Assembly: GCF_009914755.1 (NCBI RefSeq)
Contig: NC_060948.1
Origin: the human T2T-CHM13v2.0 reference genome, Homo sapiens
Reading direction: 5' to 3' (one strand)
DNA: 64,000 nt
Shown: one piece after another, positions 40,827 to 60,167 of the stretch
How the letters are laid out: each line of letters opens with the position of its first letter
How positions within the stretch are numbered: the stretch's first letter is position 1
Position numbers and translations under genes: made by a program
The notes under the pieces: generated by a model
Seen by the model: only the letters and a program-made list of their open reading frames with translations
The model's database searches: none
What the model was told of the DNA's origin: nothing

Positions 40827-42927
40827 AGATCCATATTTTTTAAATGAAAAAAAATTTCAAAGGTACTCTGCTTGGTACAATAATCAAATGTATAAACTGA
40901 GGAATAAAACATAACCATGAAACCTACTTAAAACTGCATATGGAAAATACAGAGGATAATTTTTTAAATAACATATTTTGAAAGCCTTAACTAGTAATTT
41001 GAAGAGTTGGCATTTGAAAGGCCAGTACGAATATACCTTCAAAGCAGCAACACAGGTTCCCCATGAGAAAAAGCAATCTCAGGGAAAATAAAACCAGAAA
41101 GGTTCAATCTCTTCTGACCTTTGAAAGACACAGCACAAACAGTGGTCCTTAGGACGAAGAGCAGGAGACCCCTAATTCCGTCACCATGGCGATAGGGCAT
41201 AAACATTGCTGGGTGAGGGCACAATCCACATTGTGAGGTCCAACTGCTGCCAGGAAGACAGGAGTGCTTTTACATAGACCGAAAGGTCATTGAAGGCTCA
41301 GAGTTTTGTTTCAAGAACTGAATCCCAAGCCCACACGTTATTAGGCTGCGCTTCTTAAAACAAGTTATGAGATGGGAAAAAGGGCACCTACAAACACACG
41401 TATACATTATGTATATAATAATATACAGTATTATATATATAATATATATAACCCATGTATAATATTGTTTTACATCCTGCATCTTATATTATATATATTG
41501 TATAAAATATAATAATTGATAATATATAAATTTTATATTTATACAATATGACATATAGTATATATTATAATTTATTACATATATAATATATGTTATATAT
41601 CATATATAGAATATATTATACGGTTAATATACGTATTAAATATAAATTATACATTATATATATTATATATAATATATCTGCTATATATAATACCCATTAT
41701 GCATAATATATATATTATGTCTATGTTATATATAGTATAAAACAACATATAATAATATATAATTGTATATATAAAACGTGACATATAATATATATTATAT
41801 TTTTTGACATATGTAATATATATTATATATTATATATAATACGTTGTATGTATAATACCTATATTAAATATAAATTATATGACTATGTTATTAATTACAT
41901 GTCACATATGTTATATATTATATATTTTACATAGAATATACCGGTTACATACAATATATACTATGTTACCTATAATGTATAATTTATTACATGTAAAATA
42001 AAGAATGCAATATATTATGTATAATTTATAATATACAATATGTGGAATGTGATATATATAACATATAATATATGATATATGATATACAGTATATGATATA
42101 TAACATACAATATATGATACCTAATATATATGGTATACAATATATATTTTATGATATGTATTCTATATGTTTTATATTCTGTTATATATAACTATTTGAA
42201 ATTATATATAACTGTATAATATTTTATGTAAATATGTAATATAATATATAACTATATAATATATTATATATAACTATATATTATGTTATATATACTTTTA
42301 TAACATAATTTACATAAAATATCATAATATAATATATATTATATTATTTCATATTACATAATATATATTACATATCACCCAATATAAGTAACATACATAA
42401 CATTATAATATAGATTATATTATGTTATATTAAATATCATATATATCATGTATCATATATTCTATAATATATATGATACATTATATAATATGTATGTTGT
42501 CTATTATGTGATATATATAACTATATATAATTATATTATTATACATATTACTAGATAAACATGTAATTCTACATATTTTCATTTATAATATATAGAATTA
42601 TATAATCATATATAATTATTTATATTCTATAAAAAATTATATAATTATATAAATTATAATATATAAAAATTATAATATGTACTACAAATATATATATTAT
42701 ATATCATATATGATATAGTACCTTTGTTATATATCATAATACATATAAATGTGTATTATGTTATCTATAATTATATAATTTCACATATAAGATGTATAAT
42801 ATGTATTATATATTATATATGTTATGTAATATATATAGTATATATAAGATGACACAGGATAAATATTATATACTATGACATATAAAATATATGAGGTTAT
42901 ATGTTACATATAAGGCATAGCACATAA

Positions 42928-43242
<315 letters not shown>

Positions 43243-45346
43243 AGATCCATATTTTTTAAATGAAAAAAAATTTCAAAGGTACTCTGCTTGGTACAATAAT
43301 CAAATGTATAAACTGAGGAATAAAACATAACCATGAAACCTACTTAAAACTGCATATGGAAAATACAGAGGATAATTTTTTAAATAACATATTTTGAAAG
43401 CCTTAACTAGTAATTTGAAGAGTTGGCATTTGAAAGGCCAGTACGAATATACCTTCAAAGCAGCAACACAGGTTCCCCATGAGAAAAAGCAATCTCAGGG
43501 AAAATAAAACCAGAAAGGTTCAATCTCTTCTGACCTTTGAAAGACACAGCACAGACAGTGGTCCTTAGGACGAAGAGCAGGAGACCCCTAATTCCGTCAC
43601 CATGGCAATAGGGCATAAACATTGCTGGGTGAGGGCACAATCCACATTGTGAGGTCCAACTGCTGCCAGGAAGACAGGAGTGCTTTTACATAGACCGAAA
43701 GGTCATTGAAGGCTCAGAGTTTTGTTTCAAGAACTGAATCCCAAGCCCACACGTTATTAGGCTGCGCTTCTTAAAACAAGTTATGAGATGGGAAAAAGGG
43801 CACCTACAAACATACGTATACATTATGTATATAATAATATACAGTGTCATATATATAATATATATAACCTATGTATAATATTGTTTTACATCCTGCATCT
43901 TATGTTATATATATTGTATAAACTATAATAATTGATAATATATAACTTTTATAATTATACAATATGACATATAGTATATATTATAATTTATGACATATAT
44001 AATATATGTTATATATCATATACAGAATATATTATACGGTTAATATACGTATTAAATATAAATTATACATTATATATATTATATATGATATATCTGTTAT
44101 ATATAATACCCATTATGCATAATATATATATTATGTCTATGTTATATATAGTATAAAACAACATATAATAATATATAATTGTATATATAAATGCGACATA
44201 TAATATATATTATATTTTATAACATATGTAATATATATTATATATTATATATAATACGTTGTATGTATAATACCTATATTAAATATATATTATATGACTA
44301 TGTTAATTATTACATGTCACATGTGTTATATATTATATATTTTACATAGAATATACCGGTTACATACAATATATACCATGTTACCTATAATGTATAATTT
44401 ATTACATGTAAAATAAAGAATGCAATATATTATGTATAATTTATAATATACAATATGTGGAATGTGATATATATAACATATAATATATGATATATGATAT
44501 ACAGTATATGATATATAACATACAATATATGATTTCTAATATATATGGTATACAATATATATTTTATGATATGTATTCTATATGTTTTATATTCTGTTAT
44601 ATATAACTATTTGAAATTATATATAACTGTATAATATTTTATGTAAATATGTAATATAATATATATAACTATATAATATATTATATATAACTATATATTA
44701 TGTTATATATACTTTTATAACATAATTTACATAAAATATCATAATATAATATATATTATATTATTTCATATTACATAATATATATTACATATCACCCAAT
44801 ATAACTAACATACATAATATTATAATATAGATTATATTGTGTTATATTAAATATCATATATATCATGTATCATATATTCTATAATATATATTACACATTA
44901 TATAATATGTATGTTGTCTATTATGTGATATATATAACTATATATATAATTATATTTTTATACATATAACTAGATAAACATGTAATTCTACATATTTTCA
45001 TTTATAATATGTAGAATTATATAATCATATATAGTTATTTATATTCTATAAAAAATTTTATCATTATATAAATTATAATATATAAAAATTATAATATGTA
45101 CTACAAATATATATATTATATATCATATATGATATAGTACCTTTGTTATATATCACAATACATATAAATGTGTATTATGTTATGTATAATTATATAATTT
45201 CATATATAAGATGTATAATATGTATCATATATTATATATGTTATGTAATATATATAGTATATATAAGATGACACAGGATAAATATTATATACTATGACAT
45301 ATAAAATATATGAGGTTATATGTTACATATAAGGCATAGCACATAA

Positions 45347-45661
<315 letters not shown>

Positions 45662-47765
45662 AGATCCATATTTTTTAAATGAAAAAAAATTTCAAAGGTA
45701 CTCTGCTTGGTACAATAATCAAATGTATAAACTGAGGAATAAAACATAACCATGAAACCTACTTATAACTGCATATGGAAAATACAGAGGATAATTTTTT
45801 AAATAACATATTTTGAAAGCCTTAACTAGTAATTTGAAGAGTTGGCATTTGAAAGGCCAGTATGAATATACCTTCAAAGCAGCAACACAGGTTCCCCATG
45901 AGAAAAAGCAAACACAGGGAAAATAAATACACAAAGGTTCAATCTCTTCTGACCTTTGAAAGACACAGCACAGATAGTGGTCCTTAGGACGAAGAGCAGG
46001 AGACCCCTAATTCCGTCACCATGGCGATAGGGCATAAACATTGCTGGGTGAGGGCACAATCCACATTGTGAGGTCCAACTGCTGCCAGGAAGTCAGGAGT
46101 GCTTTTACATAGACCGAAAGGTCATTGAAGGCTCAGAGTTTTGTTTCAAGAACTGAATCCCAAGCCCACACGTTATTAGGTTGCGCTTCTTAAAACAAGT
46201 TATGAGATGGGAAAAAGGGCACCCACAAACATACGTATACATTATGTATATAATAATATACAGTGTCATATATATAATATATATAACCTATGTATAATAT
46301 TGTTTTACATCCTGCATCTTCTGTTATATATATTGTATAAAATATAATAATTGATAATATATAAGTTTTATAATTATACAAAATGACATATAGTATATAT
46401 TATAATTTATGACATATATAATATATGTTATATATCATATATAGAATATATTATACGGTTAATATACGTATTAAATATAAATTATACATTATATATATTA
46501 TATATAATATATCTGTTATATATAATACCCATTATGCATAATATATATATTATGTCTATGTTATATATAGTATAAAACAACATATAATAATATATAATTG
46601 TATATATAAAATGCGACATATAATATATATTATATTTTATAAGATATGTAATATATATTATATATTATATATAATACGTTGTATGTATAATACCTATATT
46701 AAATATATATTATATGACTATGTTATTAATTACATGTCACATGTGTTATATATTATATATTTTACATAGAATATACCGGTTACATACAATATATACTATG
46801 TTACCTATAATGTATAATTTATTACATGTAAAATAAAAATGCAATATATTATGTAAAATTTATAACATACAATATGTGGAATGTGATATATATAACATAT
46901 AATATATGATATATGATATACAGTATATGATATATAACATACAATATATGATTCCTAATATATATGATATACAATATCTATTTTATGATATGTATTCTAT
47001 ATGTTTTATATTCTGTTATATATAACTATTTGAAATTATATATAACTGTATAATATTTTATGTAAATATGTAATATAATATATATAACTATATAATATAT
47101 TATATATAACTATATATTATGTTATATATACTTTTATAACATAATTTACATAAAATATCATAATATAATATATATTATATTATTTCATATTACATAATAT
47201 ATATTACATATCACCCAATATATCTAACATACATAATATTATAATATAGATTATATTATGTTATATTAAATATCATATATATCATGTATCATATATTCTA
47301 TAATATATATTACACATTATATAATATGTATGTTGTCTATTATGTGATATATATAACTATATATAATTATATTTTTATACATATAACTAGATAAACATGT
47401 AATTCTACATATTTTCATTTATAATATGTAGAATTATATAATCATATGTAATTATTTATATTCTATAAAAAATTTTATCATTATATAAATTATAATATAT
47501 AAAAATTATAATATGTACTACAAATATATATATATTATATATCATATATGATATAGTACCTTTGTTATATATCATAATACATATAAATGTGTATTATGTT
47601 ATCTATAATTATATAATTTCATATATAAGATGTATAATATGTATCATATATTATATATGTTATGTAATATATATAGTATATATAAGATGACACAGGATAA
47701 ATATTATATACTATGACATATAAAATATATGAGGTTATATGTTACATATAAGGCATAGCACATAA

Positions 47766-48080
<315 letters not shown>

Positions 48081-50185
48081 AGATCCATACTTTTTAAATG
48101 AAAAAAAATTTCAAAGGTACTCTGCTTGGTACAATAATCAAATGTATAAACTGAGGAATAAAACATAACCATGAAACCTACTTATAACTGCATATGGAAA
48201 ATACAGAGGATAATTTTTTAAATAACATATTTTGAAAGCCTTAACTAGTAATTTGAAGAGTTGGCATTTGAAAGGCCAGTATGAATATACCTTCAAAGCA
48301 GCAACACAGGTTCCCCATGAGAAAAAGCAAACTCAGGGAAAATAAAACCACAAAGGTTCAATCTCTTCTGACCTTTGAAAGACACAGCACAGACAGTGGT
48401 CCTTAGGACGAAGAGCAGGAGACCCCTAATTCCGTCACCATGGCGATAGGGCATAAACATTGCTGGGTGAGGGCACAATCCACATTGTGAGGTCCAACTG
48501 CTGCCAGGAAGACAGGAGTGCTTTTACATAGACCGAAAGGTCATTGAAGGCTCAGAGTTTTGTTTCAAGAACTGAATCCCAAGCCCACACGTTATTAGGC
48601 TGCGCTTCTTAAAACAAGTTATGAGATGGGAAAAAGGGCACCCACAAACATACGTATACATTATGTATATAATAATATACAGTGTCATATATATAATATA
48701 TATAACCTATGTATAATATTGTTTTACATCCTGCATCTTATGTTATATATATTGTATGAAATATAATTATTGATAATATATAAGTTTTATAATTATGCTA
48801 TATGACATATAGTATATATTATAATTTATGACATATATAATATATGTTATATATCATATATAGAATATATTATACGGTTAATATACGTATTAAATATAAA
48901 TTATACATTATATATATTATATACAATATATCTGTTATATATAATACCCATTATAAATAATATATATATTATGTCTATGTTATATATAGTATAAAACAAC
49001 ATATAATAATATATAATTGTATATATAAAATGCGACATATAATATATATTATATTTTATAACATATGTAATATATATTATATATTATATATAATACGTTG
49101 TATGTATAATACCTATATTAAATATATATTATATGACTATGTTATTAATTACATGTCACATGTGTTATATATTATATATTTTACATAGAATATACCGGTT
49201 ACATACAATATATACTATGTTAACTATAATGTATAATTTATTACATGTAAAATAAAGAATGCAATATATTATGTACAATTTATAATATACAATATGAGGA
49301 ATGTGATATATATAACATATAATATATGATATATGATATACAGTATATGATATATAACATACAATATATGATTCCTAATATATATGGTATACAATATATA
49401 TTTTATGATATGTATTCTATATGTTTTATATTCTGTTATATATAACTATTTGAAATTTTATATAACTGTATAATATTTTATGTAAATATGTAATATAATA
49501 TATATAACTATATAATATATTATATATAACTATATATTATGTTATATATACTTTTATAACATAATTTACATAAAATATCATAATATAATATATATTATAT
49601 TATTTCATATTACATAATATATATTACATATCACCCAATATAACTAACATACATAATATTATTATATAGATTATATTGTGTTATATTAAATATCATATAT
49701 ATCATGTATCATATATTCTATAATATATATTACACATTATATAATATGTATGTTGTCTATTATGTGATATATATAAATATATATATAATTATATTTTTAT
49801 ACATATAACTAGATAAACATGTAATTCTACATATTTTCATTTATAATATGTAGAATTATATAATCATATATAATTATTTATATTCTATAAAAAATTTTAT
49901 CATTCTATAAATTATAATATATAAAAATTATAATATGTACTACAAATATATATATTATATATCATATATGATATAGTACCTTTGTTATATATCATAATAC
50001 ATATAAATGTGTATTATGTTATCTATAATTATATAATTTCATATATAAGATGTATAATATGTATCATATATTATATATGTTATGTAATATATATAGTATA
50101 TATAAGATGACACAGGATAAATATTATATACTATGACATATAAAATAGATGAGGTCATATGTTACATATAAGGCATAGCACATAA

Positions 50186-50500
<315 letters not shown>

Positions 50501-52598
50501 AGATCCATATTTTTTAAATGAAAAAAAATTTCAAAGGTACTCTGCTTGGTACAATAATCAAATGTATAAACTGAGGAATAAAACATAACCATGAAACCTA
50601 CTTATAACTGCATATGGAAAATACAGAGGATAATTTTTTAAATAACATATTTTGAAAGCCTTAACTAGTAATTTGAAGAGTTGGCATTTGAAAGGCCAGT
50701 ATGAATATACCTTCAAAGCAGCAACACAGGTTCCCCATGAGAAAAAGCAAACTCAGGGAAAATAAAAACACAAAGGTTCAATCTCTTCTGACCTTTGAAA
50801 GACACAGCACAGACAGTGGTCCTTAGGACGAAGAGCAGGAGACCCCTAATTCCGTCACCATGGCGATAGGGCATAAACATTGCTGGGTGAGGGCACAATC
50901 CACATTGTGAGGTCCAACTGCTGCCAGGAAGACAGGAGTGCTTTTACATAGACCGAAAGGTCATTGAAGGCTCAGAGTTTTGTTTCAAGAACTGAATCCC
51001 AAGCCCACACGTTATTAGGCTGCGCTTCTTAAAACAAGTTATGAGATGGGAAAAAGGGCACCCACAAACATACGTATACATTATGTATATAATAATATAC
51101 AGTATCATATATATAATATATATAACCTATGTATAATATTGTTTTACATCCTGCATCTTATGTTATATATATTGTATAAAATATAATAATTGATAATATA
51201 TAAGTTTTATAATTATACAATATGACATATAGTATATATTATAATTTATGACATATATAATATATGTTATATATCATATATAGAATATATTATACGGTTA
51301 ATATACGTATTAAATATAAATTATACATTATATATATTATATATAATATATCTGTTATATATAATACCCATTATGCATAATATATATATTATGTCTATGT
51401 TATATATAGTATAAAACAACATATAATAATATATAATTGTATATATAAAATGCGACATATAATATATATTATATTTTATAACATATGTAATATATATTAT
51501 ATATAATACGTTGTATGTATAATACCTATATTAAATATATATTATATGACTACGTTATTAATTACATGTCACATGTGTTATATATTATACATTTTACATA
51601 GAATATACCGGTTACATACAATATATACTATGTTACCTATAATGTATAATTTATTACATGTAAAATAAAGAATGCAATATATTATGTAAAATTTATATCA
51701 TACAATATGTGGAATGTGATGTATATAACATATAATATATGATATATGATATACAGTATATGATATATAACATACAATATATGATTCCTAATATATATGG
51801 TATACAATATATATTTTATGATATGTATTCTATATGTTTTATATTCTGTTATATATAACTATTTGAAATTATATATAACTGTATAATATTTTATGTAAAT
51901 ATGTAATATAATATATATAACTATATAATATATTATATATAACTATATATTATGTTATATATACTTTTATAACATAATTTACATAAAATATCATAATATA
52001 ATATATATTATATTATTTCATATTACATAATATATATTACATATCACCCAATATAACTAACATACATAATATTATAATATAGATTATATTGTGTAATATT
52101 AAATATCATATATATCATGTATCATATATTCTATAATATATATTACACATTATATAATATGTATGTTGTCTATTATGTGATATATATAACTATATATATA
52201 ATTATATTTTTATACATATAACTAGATAAACATGTAATTCTACATATTTTCATTTATAATATGTAGAATTATATAATCATATATAATTATTTATATTGTA
52301 TAAAAAATTTTATCATTATATAAATTATAATATATAAAAATTATAATAGGTACTACAAAAATATATATTATATATCATATATGATATAGTACCTTTGTTA
52401 TATATCATAATACATATAAATGTGTATTATGTTATCTATAATTATATAATTTCATATATAAGATGTATAATATGTATCATATATTATATATGTTATGTAA
52501 TATATATAGTATATATAAGATGACACAGGATAAATATTATATACTATGACATATAAAATATATGAGGTTATATGTTACATATAAGGCATAGCACATAA

Positions 52599-52913
<315 letters not shown>

Positions 52914-55020
52914 AGATCCATATTTTTTAAATGAAAAAAAATTTCAAAGGTACTCTGCTTGGTACAATAATCAAATGTATAAACTGAGGAATAAAACATA
53001 ACCATGAAACCTACTTATAACTGCATATGGAAAATACAGAGGATAATTTTTTAAATAACATATTTTGAAAGCCTTAACTAGTAATTTGAAGAGTTGGCAT
53101 TTGAAAGGCCAGTATGAATGTACCTTCAAAGCAGCAACACAGGTTCCCCATGAGAAAAAGCAAACACAGGGAAAATAAAAACACAAAGGTTCAATCTCTT
53201 CTGACCTTTGAAAGACACAGCACAGACAGTGGTCCTTAGGACGAAGAGCAGGAGACCCCTAATTCCGTCACCATGGCGATAGGGCATAAACATTGCTGGG
53301 TGAGGGCACAATCCACATTGTGAGGTCCAACTGCTGCCAGGAAGACAGGAGTGCTTTTACATAGACCGAAAGGTCATTGAAGGCTCAGAGTTTTGTTTCA
53401 AGAACTGAATCCCAAGCCCACACGTTATTAGGCTGCGCTTCTTAAAACAAGTTATGAGATGGGAAAAAGGGCACCCACAAACATACGTATACATTATGTA
53501 TATAATAATATACAGTGTCATATATATAATATATATAACCTATGTATAATATTGTTTTACATCCTGCATCTTATGTTATTTATATTGTATAAAATATAAT
53601 AATTGATAATATATAAGTTTTATAATTATACAATATGACATATAGTATATATTATAATTTATGACATATATAATATATGTTATATATCATATATAGAATA
53701 TATTATACGGTTAATATACGTATTAAATATAAATTATACATTATATATATTATATATAATATATCTGTTATATATAATACCCATTATGCATAATATATAT
53801 ATTATGTCTATGTTATATATAGTATAAAACAACATATAATAATATATAATTGTATATATAAAATGCGACATATAATATATATTATATTTTATAATATATG
53901 TAATATATATTATATATTATATATAATACGTTGTATGTATAATACCTATATTAAATATATATTATATGACTATGTTATTAATTACATGTCACATGTGATA
54001 TATATTATATATTTTACATAGAATATACCGGTTACATACAATACATACTATGTTACCTATAATGTATAATTTATTACATGTAAAATAAAGAATGCAATAT
54101 ATTATGTAAAATTTATAACATACAATATGTGGAATGTGATATATATAACATATAATATATGATATATGATATACAGTATATGATATATAACATACAATAT
54201 ATGATTCCTATTATATATGGTATAAAATATATATTTTATGATATGTATTCTATATGTTTTATATTCTGTTATATATAACTATTTGAAATTATATATAACT
54301 GTATAATATTTTATGTAAATATGTAATATAATATATATAACTATATAATATATTATATATAACTATATATTATGTTATATATACTTTTATAACATAATTT
54401 ACATAAAATATCATAATATAATATATATTATATTATTTCATATTACATAATATATATTACATATCACCCAATATATCTAACATACATAATATTATAATAT
54501 AGATTATATTATGTTATATTAAATATCATATATATCATGTATCATATATTCTATAATATATATTACACATTATATAATATGTATGTTGTCTATTATGTGA
54601 TATATATAACTATATATATAATTATATTTTTATACATATAACTAGATAAACATGTAATCCTACATATTTTCATTTATAATATGTAGAATTATATAATCAT
54701 ATGTAATTATTTATATTCTATAAAAAATTTTATCACTATATAAATTATAATATATAAAAATTATAATATGTACTACAAATATATATATATTATATATCAT
54801 ATATGATATAGTACCTTTGTTATATATCATAATACATATAAATGTGTATTATGTTATCTATAATTATATAATTTCATATATAAGATGTATAATATGTATC
54901 ATATATTATATATGTTATGTAATATATATAGTATATATAAGATGACACAGGATAAATATTATATACTATGACATATAAAATATATGAGGTTATATGTTAC
55001 ATATAAGGCATAGCACATAA

Positions 55021-55335
<315 letters not shown>

Positions 55336-57456
55336 AGATCCATACTTTTTAAATGAAAAAAAATTTCAAAGGTACTCTGCTTGGTACAATAATTAAATGT
55401 ATAAACTGAGGAATAAAACATAACCATGAAACCTACTAATAACTGCATATGGAAAATACAGAGGATAATTTTTTAAATAACATATTTTGAAAGCCTTAAC
55501 TAGTAATTTGAAGAGTTGGCATTTGAAAGGCCAGTATGAATATACCTTCAAAGCAGCAACACAGGTTCCCCATGAGAAAAAGCAAACTCAGGGAAAATAA
55601 AAACACAAAGGTTCAATCTCTTCTGACCTTTGAAAGACACAGCACAGACAGTGGTCCTTAGGACGAAGAGCAGGAGACCCCTAATTCCGTCACCATGGCG
55701 ATAGGGCATAAACATTGCTGGGTGAGGGCACAATCCACATTGTGAGGTCCAACTGCTGCCAGGAAGACAGGAGTGCTTTTACATAGACCGAAAGGTCATT
55801 GAAGGCTCAGAGTTTTGTTTCAAGAACTGAATCCCAAGCCCACACGTTATTAGGCTGCGCTTCTTAAAACAAGTTATGAGATTGGAAAAAGGGCACCCAC
55901 AAACATACGTATACATTATGTATATAATAATATACAGTATCATATATATAATATATATAACCTATGTATAATATTGTTTTACATCCTGCATCTTATGTTA
56001 TATATATTGTATAAAATATAATAATTGATAATATATAAGTTTTATAATTATACAATATGACATATAGTATATATTATAATTTATGAAATATATAATATAT
56101 GTTATATATCATATATAGAATATATTATACGGTTAATATACGTATTAAATATAAATTATACATTATATATATTATATATAATATATCTGTTATATATAAT
56201 ACCCATTATGCATAATATATATATTATGTCTATGTTATATATAGTATAAAACAACATATAATAATATATAATTGTATATATAAAATGCGACATATAATAT
56301 ATATTATATTTTATAACATATGTAATATATATTATATATAATACGTTGTATGTATAATACCTATATTAAATATATATTATATGACTACGTTATTAATTAC
56401 ATGTCACATGTGTTATATATTATATATTTTACATAGAATATACCGGTTACATACAATATATACTATGTTACCTATAATGTATAATTTATTACATGTAAAA
56501 TAAAGAATGCAATATATTATGTATAATTTATAATATACAATATGTGGAATGTGATATATATAACATATAATATATGATATATGATATACAGTATATGATA
56601 TATAACATACAATATATGATTCCTAATATATATGGTATACAATATATATTTTATGATATGTATTGTATATGTTTTATATTCTGTTATATATAACTATTTG
56701 AAATTATATATAACTGTATAATATTTTATGTAAATATGTAATATAATATATATAACTATATAATATATTATATATAACTATATATTATGTTATATATACT
56801 TTTATAACATAATTTACATAAAATATCATAATATAATATATATTATATTATTTCATATTACATAATATATATTACATATCACCCAATATATCTAACATAC
56901 ATAATATTATAATATAGATTATATTATGTTATATTAAATATCATATATATCATGTATCATATATTCTATAATATATATTACACATTATATAATATGTATG
57001 TTGTCTATTATGTGATATATATAACTCAATATATAATTATATTTTTATACATATAACTAGATAAACATGTAATTCTACATATTTTCATTTATAATATGTA
57101 GAATTATATAATCATATATAATTATTTATATTCTATAAAAAATTTTATCATTCTATAAATTATAATATATAAAAATTATAATATGTACTACAAATATATA
57201 TATTATATATCATATATGATATAGTACCTTTGTTATATATCATAATACATATAAATGTGTATTATGTTATCTCTAATTATATAATTTCATATATAAGATG
57301 TATAATATGTATCATATATTATATATGTTATGTAATATATATAGTATATATAAGATGACACAGGATAAATATTATATACTATGACATATAAAATAGATGA
57401 GGTTATATGTTACATATAAGGCATAGCACATAACATGTAATATATATCATATATAA

Positions 57457-57748
57457 TTTTTTTTTAGACAGAATCTTGTCCTGTTGCACAGGGTGAGGTA
57501 CAATGGCGCCATCTTTGCTCACTGCAACTTCTGCCTCACGGGTCCAAGCGATTGTCCTCCCTCAGCCTCCCAGGTAGCTGGGACTACGCCACACTGGGAC
57601 TACAACAGCTGCCACCATGCCTAGCTAATTTTTTGGATTTTTAGTAGTTACAGCGTTTCACTGTATTGGCCAGGATGGTCTTGATCTCTTCACCTTGTGA
57701 TCCCCTTGCCTTGGCCTCCAAATTTGCTGGGATTACAGGCCTGAGCCA
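57457..57748 (-). mobile_element. Alu copy within DYZ2 unit (distal-block variant)
   Basis: Copy of 45370-45661 with a few private substitutions. Confidence 0.92.
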
Positions 57749-59875
57749 AGATCCATATTTTTTAAATGAAAAAAAATTTCAAAGGTACTCTGCTTGGTAC
57801 AATAATCAAATGTATAAACTGAGGAATAAAACATAACCATGAAACCTACTTATAACTGCATATGGAAAATACAGAGGATAATTTTTTAAATAACATATTT
57901 TGAAAGCCTTAACTAGTAATTTGAAGAGTTGGCATTTGAAAGGCCAGTATGAATATACCTTCAAAGCAGCAACACAGGTTCCCCATGAGAAAAAGCAAAC
58001 ACAGGGAAAATAAAAACACAAAGGTTCAATCTCTTCTGACCTTTGAAAGACACAGCACAGACAGTGGTCCTTAGGACGAAGAGCAGGAGACCCCTAATTC
58101 CGTCACCATGGCGATAGGGCATAAACATTGCTGGGTGAGGGCACAATCCACATTGTGAGGTCCAACTGCTGCCAGGAAGACAGGAGTGCTTTTACATAGA
58201 CCGAAAGGTCATTGAAGGCTCAGAGTTTTGTTTCAAGAACTGAATCCCAAGCCCACACGTTATTAGGCTGCGCTTCTTAAAACAAGTTATGAGATGGGAA
58301 AAAGGGCACCCACAAACATACGTATACATTATGTATATAATAATATACAGTATCATATATGTAATATATATAACCTATGTATAATATTGTTTTACATCCT
58401 ATATCTTATGTTATATATATTGTATAAAATATAATAATTGATAATATATAAGTTTTATAATTATACAATATGACATATAGTATATATTATAATTTATGAC
58501 ATATATAATATATGTTATATATCATATATAGAATATATTATACGGTTAATATACGTATTAAATATAAATTATACATTATATATATTATATATAATATATC
58601 TGATATATATAATACCCATTATGCATAATATATATATTATGTCTATGTTATATATAGTATAAAACAACATATAATAATATATAATTGTATATATAAAATG
58701 CGACATATAATATATATTATATTTTATAAGATATGTAATATATATTATATATTATATATAATACGTTGTATGTATAATACCTATATTAAATATATATTAT
58801 ATGACTATGTTTTTAATTACATGTCACATGTGTTATATATTATATATTTTACATAGAATATACCGGTTACATACAATATATACTATGTTACCTATAATGT
58901 ATAATTTATTACATGTGAAATAAAAATGCAATATATTATGTAAAATTTATAACATACAATATGTGGAATGTGATATATATAACATATAATATATGATATA
59001 TGATATACAGTATATGATATATAACATACAATATATGATTCCTAATATATATGGTATACAATATATATTTTATGATATGTATTCTATATGTTTTATATTC
59101 TGTTATATATAACTATTTGAAATTATATATAACTGTATAATATTTTATGTAAATATGTAATATAATATATATAACTATATAATATATTATATATAACTAT
59201 ATATTATGTTATATATACTTTTATAACATAATTTACATAAAATATCATAATATAATATATATTATATTATTTCATATTACATAATATATATTACATATCA
59301 CCCAATATAACTAACATACATAATATTATTATATAGATTATATTGTGTTATTTTAAATATCATATATATCATGTATCATATATTCTATAATATATATTAC
59401 ACATTATATAATATGTATGTTGTCTATTATGTGATATATATAACTATATATATAATTATATTTTTATACATATAACTAGATAAACATGTAATTCTACATA
59501 TTTTCATTTATAATATGTAGAATTATATAATCATATATAATTATTTATATTCTATAAAAAATTTTATCATTCTATAAATTATAATATATAAAAATTATAA
59601 TATGTACTACAAATATATATATTATATATCATATATGATATAGTACCTTTGTTATATATCATAATACATATAAATGTGTATTATGTTATCTATAATTATA
59701 TAATTTCATATATAAGATGTATAATATGTATCATATATTATATATGTTATGTAATATATATAGTATATATAAGATGACACAGGATAAATATTACATACTA
59801 TGACATATAAAATAGATGAGGTCATATGTTACATATAAGGCATAGCACATAACATGTAATATATATCATATATAA

Positions 59876-60167
59876 TTTTTTTTTAGACAGAATCTTGTCT
59901 TGTTGCACAGGGTGGGGTACAATGGCGCCATCTTTGCTCACTGCAACTTCTGTCTCACGGGTCCAAGCGATTGTCCTCCCTCAGCCTCCCAGGTAGCTGG
60001 GACTACACCACACTGGGACTACACCAGCTGCCACCATGCCTAGCTAATTTTTTGGATTTTTAGTAGTGACAGCGTTTCACTGTATTGGCCAGGATGGTCT
60101 TGATCTCTTCACCTTGTGATCCCCTTGCCTTGGCCTCCAAATTTGCTGGGATTACAGGCCTGAGCCA
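59876..60167 (-). mobile_element. Alu copy within DYZ2 unit (distal-block variant)
   Basis: Near-identical copy of 45370-45661. Confidence 0.92.
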